Of a stretch of 9,821 nucleotides of DNA, positions 1-4,812 are shown piece after piece (position 1 is the first letter of the stretch; every line of letters starts with the position of its first letter). The notes under the pieces are model-generated. The model ran no database searches, was not told the DNA's origin, and saw only the letters and a list, made by a program, of their open reading frames with translations. The position numbers and the translations under genes are program-made. The DNA comes from a virus. Lineage: Duplodnaviria; Heunggongvirae; Uroviricota; Caudoviricetes. The stretch lies in IMG/VR virus record IMGVR_UViG_2802429224_000016; one strand, 5' to 3'.

Positions 1-1047
1 GTCGCGGGATTTGATGTATTGCTGGTTTCTTTCCCGTTCATCCAGCAGTGCCAGCACGGTTTCTGGTCCGGCCAGAAATTTGAAGGCGTTGAGCGCATCA
101 ATATCCACACCGTAATCTTTAAGTTCCTGTTCACTTAACAAATCATCATCAGATGGCAACATTAACAGGCGTTCCATTGCTGGAATTGCACGTTCCGCCA
201 CCTCACGCAGTGCCTGGTAATTAATTTCGCTCACTGGTTGCCTCCTTTGCGAATCTGTTCCTCTGCGAATCTGTTCCTCCCATTCTTCAAGGGATTTCTC
301 CGCATATTCACCGGACAGGCCATCAATCGGGTACGGTTCATTAGCCAACTCTTCTTTCGCTGACAGAATCATGCGCGTAACGTCGAAAACTTCACGCAAA
401 GACTTATTGATAAATCCGTGATTGAACGCAGCAGCAAGACGGCTGGCGGTATAGTTAATCCCCTCGTTGCGTGCTTCCGCCCGAACTTCAGCCAGGAAAG
501 CGTCGGTGGCTGGGGTTTCGACATTAGGTCGAAGCTCATAATCACAAACTCTTTCAATCCATGGTGATACTCTGTCGCATTTCCTCTTCTTGCGTTCACC
601 GACCTTGGTTGCCTGCTGAATAATTACCCCCCAGCAAATGCTTTCGACCTCTTCGCTCCATCCATCGCAAGCATCGCCTCTATAGTCGTCAATTGCAGCC
701 TCAGCAGCAGCGATAGCCTCCTCAGCAGTTTTGTGACACTCGAAACTAAATTCAGAGCCATATGAGAAATACATAGCCCCGGCCTTAAGCCCCGCATTCT
801 CCGCCGCCAGCGCCGAAAACTTCTCGTGTGCCAACTTAACAGCCGAATCAGCCTGCTTAATTGACTCAATCGCTTTCTGCTGGTCTTCGGCCAGCGCATT
901 AGCACGCACCAGTTGCACTTCCAGTTGCGTTGCCAAATCGCTGATCAGCTTTGCCACACTACGCATATCAACGGCACCACATTCTGCTTTCAGTTCCGAA
1001 GCCATCTCATGCCCGGCGGAAACTAACCCTTTGATATTACTTTCCAT
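1..1047 (-). CDS. Long ORF (349 codons in window, no stop before the left edge): unknown N-terminal part fused in frame to an Ea22-like module
   Basis: Manual translation of the minus strand from ATG 1047-1045 (GAGGG RBS 7 nt upstream) is open through position 1: MESNIKGLVSAGHEMASELKAE...EWEEQIRRGTDSQRRQPVSEINYQALREVAERAIP...PETVLALLDERERNQQYIKSRD. It is absent from the supplied ORF track, presumably because no stop lies in the window. The segment after internal GTG 234-232 (perfect AGGAGG 246-241, 6-nt spacer) matches the N-terminal signature I recall for prophage Ead/Ea22-like proteins (YQALRE...A, then ...TVLALLDER...). Track ORFs 369..599(-) and 624..905(-) are other frames inside this ORF. 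Confidence 0.6.
   Translation of the reverse strand, partial: MESNIKGLVSAGHEMASELKAECGAVDMRSVAKLISDLATQLEVQLVRANALAEDQQKAIESIKQADSAVKLAHEKFSALAAENAGLKAGAMYFSYGSEFSFECHKTAEEAIAAAEAAIDDYRGDACDGWSEEVESICWGVIIQQATKVGERKKRKCDRVSPWIERVCDYELRPNVETPATDAFLAEVRAEARNEGINYTASRLAAAFNHGFINKSLREVFDVTRMILSAKEELANEPYPIDGLSGEYAEKSLEEWEEQIRRGTDSQRRQPVSEINYQALREVAERAIPAMERLLMLPSDDDLLSEQELKDYGVDIDALNAFKFLAGPETVLALLDERERNQQYIKSRD
248..279. repeat. Perfect 16-bp tandem direct duplication (TGCGAATCTGTTCCTC x2, plus strand) inside the long ORF
   Basis: Positions 248-263 and 264-279 are identical. The unit is not a multiple of 3, so it alters the frame relative to a single-copy state. Confidence 0.9.
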
Positions 1048-1108
1048 CTTTACCCTCGCTTATCCACATAACTTATTGATTACATTGATAACTAAAAAGA
1101 TCGTCGAT

Positions 1109-1453
1109 TCAGAACTCTTCGATGTTCCAGCCACCACCTGCTTTCTTTGGCTTAACCGTTACCCCGATGATTCGGAACGGATACTGATCTGCGGCGACTT
1201 TGGTTTTCACCCTGGCGTCGTCGGTCCAGAAACCTTTCACTTCGTGCAGTTCCATCTCGCCGGTGGCGAGCATCACAGCAAAATCGGGCGTATAGAACGT
1301 GTTGTCAGCTAACCGCAGCTTGATACCCTCGAATCGATACCAGGCGATTTCCCCTGCACGTTTACGCTGCTCAAGGTGCTGGCAATACGCAGATTCTGTT
1401 TTGTTCATCTGGCCTGTTTTGAGTCGACCAAGAGCCTGTATCTGTTTTCTCAT
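1109..1453 (-). CDS. DUF1064-like predicted PD-(D/E)xK nuclease (Holliday-junction-resolvase-like fold), 114 aa
   Basis: ORF with ATG 1453 preceded by AGAGGT (5-nt spacer). The protein carries a PD...ExK-type arrangement (YTPDF ... ELHEVKG) and the AGEI...L.L...YTPDF.V pattern I associate with phage DUF1064 proteins. Family call is from memory. Confidence 0.65.
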   Translation of the reverse strand: MRKQIQALGRLKTGQMNKTESAYCQHLEQRKRAGEIAWYRFEGIKLRLADNTFYTPDFAVMLATGEMELHEVKGFWTDDARVKTKVAADQYPFRIIGVTVKPKKAGGGWNIEEF

Positions 1454-1456
1454 GAT

Positions 1457-1533
1457 TTACCTCTAAGGTAATTAAAAACCACATAAGACACGAAATCAAT
1501 AGAGTTTAGAATGTTTTGTTACCTGATAGGTAA
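1457..1533. promoter_or_regulatory. Two operator-like palindromes TTACC-N5-GGTAA (1457-1471 TTACCTCTAAGGTAA; 1519-1533 TTACCTGATAGGTAA)
   Basis: Perfect 5-bp inverted half-sites with a 5-bp spacer, the same motif as in the oR/oL-like regions. Site 1457-1471 overlaps the RBS/5' UTR of the DUF1064-like gene. Confidence 0.5.
1471..1499 (-). promoter_or_regulatory. Candidate sigma70 promoter for the DUF1064-like/Ea22-like unit
   Basis: On the minus strand: -35 TTGATT (plus 1499-1494), 17-bp spacer, -10 TTTAAT (plus 1476-1471). The -10 lacks the conserved A at position 2, so this is weak. The 1457-1471 operator lies immediately downstream of the -10. Confidence 0.3.
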
Positions 1534-1545
1534 TTATTGAGACGT

Positions 1546-1566
1546 AAAAAAATGCGCTATCGCGCT
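1546..1566 (-). terminator. Weak intrinsic-terminator-like element after the P-like gene
   Basis: On the minus strand GCGC-GAUA-GCGC (plus 1554-1565) is followed by a 7-U run (plus A-run 1546-1552). The stem is only 4 bp. Confidence 0.2.
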
Positions 1567-1570
1567 GGTA

Positions 1571-2356
1571 TTACTTGATAAATCCTGCCGCCTTTCCCCG
1601 CCTGTATTCCTCCATCAGCCACTGCGCCGGTGTTATTCCCCCAAGGGTGGCGGCGTTAGGCATGCACCCGAAACTTCGCCCTGGTGGATGGTAAACGTCT
1701 CTCCCTGTGTCCGGAGGTGTACTCATGGGCTCTGGCTTTGCCTGTATGCTGATCACCGGATCGGGTATCTGCTGTCCGGAAGCCACCTTTTTCGCCCAAT
1801 CATCGAGCAGCCTGCGCGCGTGTTTCTCAACCTCAATCTCGCTAAGCTGGCGCTGATACATTGCACGGCGGGTATCACATACGACCCAGTACATAACCGG
1901 ATGTCGCCACGGGAATCTTTCGGGACCACCAGGATATAAACTTTTTTCCTTGCTGTACCGATGAAACTCCGCCATCACATCGTCAATGGTGACGCCAAGA
2001 ACCATCTTGCTGTCTTTACACCACTTGATGAATTGCCCTGGCGACGGCCAGAACGGAGATTCACTGGCGCGGGCGTGGCGCATACCAGCAGAAACCTGTT
2101 CACGGGTTCGGATCCCACTTTCAGCAAACGCAGCAATCCACTGCTGTTTTGCAGCGACTTCCTGCTCTGGCGTCTTCAGGTTGGTTACCACTGCCGCCGG
2201 AAACAGTTGTTTCAGCTGTTTGAAAAGGGCATCAACAAGCCTCTCTGCTGACATGTTCACCACATTGTCATTGTTGACGTACTGATGCTCATAACCTGAC
2301 ATGCGAGAAAGGGCTTCTCCGTCACGGTTTTGTATCGCGGTAAAAACGTTGTTCAC
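1571..2356 (-). CDS. Lambda P-like replication protein (replicative helicase loader)
   Basis: Conserved block WIAAFAESGIRTREQVSAGMRHARASESPFWPSPGQFIKWC resembles lambda P (recalled as RRQWVLAFRENGITTMEQVNAGMRVARRQNRPFLPSPGQFVAWC). Preferred start is GTG 2356-2354, with GGAGGA 6 nt upstream and a GTGA overlap with the O-like stop. The track's ATG 2371 is an in-frame alternative without an RBS. Confidence 0.85.
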   Translation of the reverse strand: MNNVFTAIQNRDGEALSRMSGYEHQYVNNDNVVNMSAERLVDALFKQLKQLFPAAVVTNLKTPEQEVAAKQQWIAAFAESGIRTREQVSAGMRHARASESPFWPSPGQFIKWCKDSKMVLGVTIDDVMAEFHRYSKEKSLYPGGPERFPWRHPVMYWVVCDTRRAMYQRQLSEIEVEKHARRLLDDWAKKVASGQQIPDPVISIQAKPEPMSTPPDTGRDVYHPPGRSFGCMPNAATLGGITPAQWLMEEYRRGKAAGFIK

Positions 2357-3168
2357 AAGAAATCCTCCCATGCTTCAGGGCTGTTCCAGTGCGGAACGTT
2401 GTTATCAGGTAATGTTGATTGCTTCTGTCTGCTAATCTGCAGCCGCCTTGCCAGCTTCTGCTCCCACTGTGCCTGATGGTATGCCTTACCCTCAGCCATC
2501 CAGTAAATTCTGAACTCTGCAAGTTCCTGTGCCGTTGGCAGACTGTCCAGGTAGATCCCCTGCAATGAGCTTTTCCGAAGAAAGTCATCTGATGGCTGCC
2601 ATTGTTCATGCATGACAAATTTGCCTAATTGCCCTGGCCCACGAGGAGGAACAAAGTTATTCATCACGGCGTTGTTTGCGCCGGGGTCATGAGGCACAGA
2701 ATCCCCGCTTTTTGTCCTGCTCTCCCTCTCTTGGTTAAATGACTGGTTATATGACTGGTTCTGGATCCCGTTTTTGGGATCATTCAACATCCCGTTTTTG
2801 GGATCATTCAACATCCCGTTTTTGGGTATATTCCCGTTTTCGGTAACATTACCGTTTTCGGGTTCATTACCCCCCTCCCGGTTGCCTTTAATGTTCCCGT
2901 TTTTGGTTATATTAAGAGAGAAAACCCGTACTCTTTTCGTCGCCCCCTTTCTCTCTCCGGTATCTGAAATAAGCCCCATTTTCATGAGCGATATAAGCCC
3001 GGCCTGCACGGTTTTTTTATTCAGGCAAGTGTCTTTAACGAGGCGTTCTATGCTGGGGTAGCAGAGGTTATATTCATCGGCTCTGTCAGCCATCGAGAGC
3101 AGTATGAGCTTTAATGACGAGCTACCTGGATCTGTCTCCCAGGCCCAATCTGTTGCATGTCTGCTCAT
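2353..3168 (-). CDS. Lambda O-like replication initiator (N-terminal HTH, iteron-encoded low-complexity linker, DnaT/O-like C-terminal domain)
   Basis: 271-aa ORF with ATG 3168 and GGAG RBS. The central peptide repeats (NDPKNGML x2, NG periodicity) are encoded by the iteron array. The C-terminal block QWQPSDDFLRKSSLQGIYLDSLPTAQELAEFRIYWMAEGKAYHQAQWEQKLARRLQ resembles the C-terminal domain of lambdoid O/DnaT-like proteins. Immediately upstream of the P-like gene. Confidence 0.8.
   Translation of the reverse strand: MSRHATDWAWETDPGSSSLKLILLSMADRADEYNLCYPSIERLVKDTCLNKKTVQAGLISLMKMGLISDTGERKGATKRVRVFSLNITKNGNIKGNREGGNEPENGNVTENGNIPKNGMLNDPKNGMLNDPKNGIQNQSYNQSFNQERESRTKSGDSVPHDPGANNAVMNNFVPPRGPGQLGKFVMHEQWQPSDDFLRKSSLQGIYLDSLPTAQELAEFRIYWMAEGKAYHQAQWEQKLARRLQISRQKQSTLPDNNVPHWNSPEAWEDFL
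2765..2910. repeat. Origin-of-replication iteron array inside the O-like gene
   Basis: Two identical 24-bp units ATCCCGTTTTTGGGATCATTCAAC (2765-2788, 2789-2812), a third variant (2813-2836) and degenerate copies with core CCCGTTTT(T)NGG (about 2833, 2852, 2896). The core ATCCC-N6-GGGAT has internal dyad symmetry, as lambda iterons do. Confidence 0.7.
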
Positions 3169-3183
3169 GATTAATCTCCGCTA

Positions 3184-3384
3184 TCAGCTTGAATGTTGTG
3201 GGGTGGAATTAATCATGATCTGCTTAATCTCTGCCCTGATGCGACGGTTTGATTCCATGGTGCACTCAACACAGTGTCCGTTGTAAACCCAGCGTTCACT
3301 GTCATGTCCGTGCTTACATGGTTTTCCGGTGTAGTAGCGTTTAAGTCCGCGCTTTGCGGCATCAATACGTGTAATGATTTCCAT
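3184..3384 (-). CDS. Small Cys/His-rich (putative zinc-binding) protein, 66 aa, at the cII-equivalent position
   Basis: ATG 3384 gives MEIITRIDAAKRGLKRYYTGKPCKHGHDSERWVYNGHCVECTMESNRR... with a C-x-H-x-H...H-C-x2-C arrangement. The track ORF extends to 3447, but that start is a TTG and the added N-terminus is a hydrophobic run. No family recognised. Confidence 0.45.
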   Translation of the reverse strand: MEIITRIDAAKRGLKRYYTGKPCKHGHDSERWVYNGHCVECTMESNRRIRAEIKQIMINSTPQHSS

Positions 3385-3464
3385 GGTAAGCCCTGTTATT
3401 AGTATTGGGATTACGGTTATTTTGTGCTGACACAAAAAAAAGATCAACCAGATTTGGTTTTTTA

Positions 3465-3479
3465 TTACCTTTGAGGTAC
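3465..3479. promoter_or_regulatory. Operator-like site TTACCTTTGAGGTAC (14 of 15 match to TTACC-N5-GGTAA)
   Basis: Lies between the post-cro terminator and the Cys/His-rich gene. Followed on the minus strand by a possible weak promoter (TTGATC-N17-CAAAAT). Confidence 0.35.
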
Positions 3480-3480
3480 G

Positions 3481-3513
3481 AATAGATATGAAAAGACCGC
3501 CACCCGGCGGTCT
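3481..3513 (-). terminator. Rho-independent terminator downstream of the Cro-like gene (tR1-like position)
   Basis: Minus-strand RNA AGACCGCC-GGGU-GGCGGUCU (plus 3494-3513; 8-bp GC-rich stem, 4-nt loop) followed by UUUUCAUAUCUAUU. On the plus strand it is preceded by A's rather than followed by T's, so it is unidirectional. Confidence 0.6.
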
Positions 3514-3534
3514 ACAGAGGGTTGTAGCTGGATA

Positions 3535-3765
3535 TCATGAGTAGAAGAAGTATGCCAGTTCTGCTTTTGAGCGCAGCCATTGTCTTGTTTTACAGGCTTT
3601 AAAAAGCCCATTCATCAATACTTTACCTGGCATTTTGCGCTTACCTGTTAAGTGAGTCTGGATATAGTGACTCGTCGTTCCGGCTTCCTGTGCGAAGGCT
3701 TCACGCTCATCCGGAGTAAGTGCAAGCCAGTGCTTTTTGAAATCGAAATGTCCGTTATCGCTCAT
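3535..3765 (-). CDS. Cro-like small HTH regulator (76 aa)
   Basis: Divergent from the repressor gene. The segment AGTTSHYIQTHLTGKRKMPGKVL resembles the lambda Cro recognition region (recalled as GVYQSAINKAIHAGRKIFL). Position and orientation match cro in a lambdoid immunity region. Confidence 0.65.
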   Translation of the reverse strand: MSDNGHFDFKKHWLALTPDEREAFAQEAGTTSHYIQTHLTGKRKMPGKVLMNGLFKACKTRQWLRSKAELAYFFYS

Positions 3766-3790
3766 AGCTATTGCCTGATATTTATTTCAG

Positions 3791-3819
3791 ATAATAAATA
3801 TTCACCCATAAGGTAACAA
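3791..3819 (-). promoter_or_regulatory. pR-like promoter driving the Cro-like gene
   Basis: On the minus strand: -35 TTGTTA (plus 3819-3814), 17-bp spacer, -10 TATTAT (plus 3796-3791). Operator site 3802-3816 sits inside the spacer/-35. Confidence 0.45.
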
Positions 3820-3864
3820 AAATCAAGGATAGTTACCTATGAGGTGCATTTACCTGTTGGGTAA
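3802..3864. promoter_or_regulatory. oR-like tripartite operator (3802-3816 TCACCCATAAGGTAA; 3833-3847 TTACCTATGAGGTGC; 3850-3864 TTACCTGTTGGGTAA)
   Basis: Three 15-bp palindromic sites in the divergent intergenic region between the Cro-like and repressor genes, centre spacings 31 and 17 bp. One perfect, two with 1-2 mismatches. Confidence 0.55.
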
Positions 3865-3919
3865 TATTGCTTTAAATTGAATCATCTACTGATTCATATA
3901 TGAGGCGATTTTCCAGAAA

Positions 3920-4504
3920 ATGAAAAGTATCCAGGACGTCCGCAGGCAAAATCTCAACGACTTGATCGACCGTGAATTCAATGGTGTTCAGACGCGGATG
4001 GCAGAAAAACTTGGAACTCAGGCAAATCTGGTAAACCGCTGGGCTCTTGGCAAGAAGGTTATCGGCGACCAGGTTGCGCGAAAAATTGAAGCTGCCGCCA
4101 ATAAACCCCGTAACTGGCTTGATATCGATCGCTCGCTTTCTCAGGAAGGTTTTCAGCCTGTCGGCCCGAGTGATATAGGTCAGCTGGCTGCTCACAACCT
4201 GGAACGCTGGATGAGCGAAAGCCGCGACCTTTCAACGCAGGGAAAACTACACCGCGCATCCGGCGTCGCCCAGGTGACAATCAGCCGCCTGTTAAACAAT
4301 GAGGTCAGCGTTTCCATTTCCACCCTGGAGAATGTTGCATCTGCATTCGGGCGTCATGGCTATGAATTACTGATTCACCCGCACGACCCTGCGACTATCA
4401 ACTATGACCGCTCGCGCTACGCATTGTTACCCGAAACCGAGAAAGCAAAGATCGAAAGTTACATTGAATTTGTCATCAACCAGAACGAAAAAAACAAACA
4501 ATAA
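3920..4504 (+). CDS. Putative prophage repressor with tandem HTH_XRE-like domains, no S24/LexA-type peptidase domain (194 aa)
   Basis: First HTH around QTRMAEKLGTQANLVNRWALGKKVIGDQVARKIEAA, second around LHRASGVAQVTISRLLNNEVSVSISTLENVASAFG. No Ser/Lys autocleavage motif seen in the C-terminus. cI-equivalent position: divergent from cro, flanked by both operator clusters. No SD upstream of ATG 3920, so a leaderless transcript is possible. Confidence 0.7.
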   Translation: MKSIQDVRRQNLNDLIDREFNGVQTRMAEKLGTQANLVNRWALGKKVIGDQVARKIEAAANKPRNWLDIDRSLSQEGFQPVGPSDIGQLAAHNLERWMSESRDLSTQGKLHRASGVAQVTISRLLNNEVSVSISTLENVASAFGRHGYELLIHPHDPATINYDRSRYALLPETEKAKIESYIEFVINQNEKNKQ

Positions 4505-4524
4505 AACTATAGTTTTCAGCAAGT

Positions 4525-4550
4525 AAGCCGCCATGAGGCGGCTTTTTTAT
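4525..4550 (+). terminator. Rho-independent terminator after the repressor gene
   Basis: AAGCCGCC-ATGA-GGCGGCTT (4525-4544) followed by TTTTTTATT. Confidence 0.7.
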
Positions 4551-4561
4551 TGCCTGTTAGA

Positions 4562-4638
4562 TTACCTGTTGGGTAATTTTTTTAACTCATATCTATTGAC
4601 ATCAAACCAGATACGCATAATTATTACCTAAACGGTAA
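4562..4638. promoter_or_regulatory. oL-like operator pair (4562-4576 TTACCTGTTGGGTAA; 4624-4638 TTACCTAAACGGTAA)
   Basis: Two perfect palindromes flanking a candidate promoter. The 16-mer TTACCTGTTGGGTAAT is identical to the site at 3850-3865. Confidence 0.55.
4596..4624 (+). promoter_or_regulatory. pL-like promoter for the rightward early operon
   Basis: Perfect -35 TTGACA (4596-4601). The -10 is either AATTAT at 17-bp spacing (4619-4624) or CATAAT at 14-bp spacing (4616-4621). The -10 region abuts or overlaps operator 4624-4638. Confidence 0.35.
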
Positions 4639-4657
4639 CAGACCGAGGTAACAAGTT

Positions 4658-4810
4658 ATGCAGTGGAAAATCATCAACGGTTGGTACTGCGTTACTGCAT
4701 GCGGATTCATGAGCTGGAAGTTCCGCACCTTACAGGAAGGCATCAAGTGGGCTTTCGTCAGCAAAGAAGCTCGCGATGTGGCCAACGATAACGAGATATG
4801 GGAGGGCTGA
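4658..4810 (+). CDS. Small hypothetical protein (50 aa, Trp-rich), first gene of the rightward operon
   Basis: ATG 4658 with GAGGT 8 nt upstream: MQWKIINGWYCVTACGFMSWKFRTLQEGIKWAFVSKEARDVANDNEIWEG, stop TGA 4808-4810. Below the length cutoff of the supplied ORF track. No family recognised. Confidence 0.4.
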   Translation: MQWKIINGWYCVTACGFMSWKFRTLQEGIKWAFVSKEARDVANDNEIWEG

Positions 4811-4812
4811 TA

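Noticed and set aside
369-905. Track ORFs 369..599(-) and 624..905(-)
   Set aside because: They lie in a different frame inside the continuous 349-codon minus-strand ORF (1..1047) that has an RBS-preceded ATG and a coherent protein sequence; judged shadow frames.
1031-1312. Track ORF 1031..1312(+), 93 aa
   Set aside because: Antisense to the DUF1064-like gene and to the start of the long ORF; no RBS and a low-complexity product.
1688-2285. Plus-strand ORFs 1688..1939, 1961..2251 and 1986..2285
   Set aside because: All antisense to the P-like gene, whose identity is supported by a conserved lambda-P-like block; treated as shadow ORFs.
2322-2618. Track ORF 2322..2618(-)
   Set aside because: Alternative frame overlapping the O-like C-terminus and the O/P junction; the O-like frame carries the recognisable domain.
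2841-2856. Palindrome CGGTAACATTACCG within the iterons
   Set aside because: Half-sites are in reversed order (GGTAA-N-TTACC) and lie inside the iteron array; more likely a by-product of the iteron sequence than a repressor operator.
2774-3061. Track ORF 2774..3061(+), 95 aa with FNIPFLG repeats
   Set aside because: It is the antisense translation of the iteron array; the repetitive peptide is an artefact of the DNA repeats.
3104-3286. Track ORF 3104..3286(+)
   Set aside because: Spans the O-like start and the Cys/His-rich gene end on the opposite strand; no RBS; shadow ORF.
3385-3447. Longer version of the Cys/His-rich ORF starting at 3447
   Set aside because: The codon at 3447-3445 is TTG and the added 21 residues form a hydrophobic run with no RBS; ATG 3384 preferred.
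3488-3544. 18-codon plus-strand mini-ORF (MKRPPPGGLQRVVAGYHE) across the post-cro terminator
   Set aside because: Its sequence is dictated by the GC hairpin; too short and unsupported to call.
3872-4280. Track ORFs 3872..4195(-) and 4059..4280(-)
   Set aside because: Antisense to the tandem-HTH repressor gene, which has recognisable HTH motifs and the cI-equivalent position.
4798-4812. Track start ATG 4798 for the 99-aa gene (MGGLIMNV...)
   Set aside because: Would overlap the preceding ORF by 13 nt and lacks an RBS; ATG 4813 has GGAGGG at ideal spacing.
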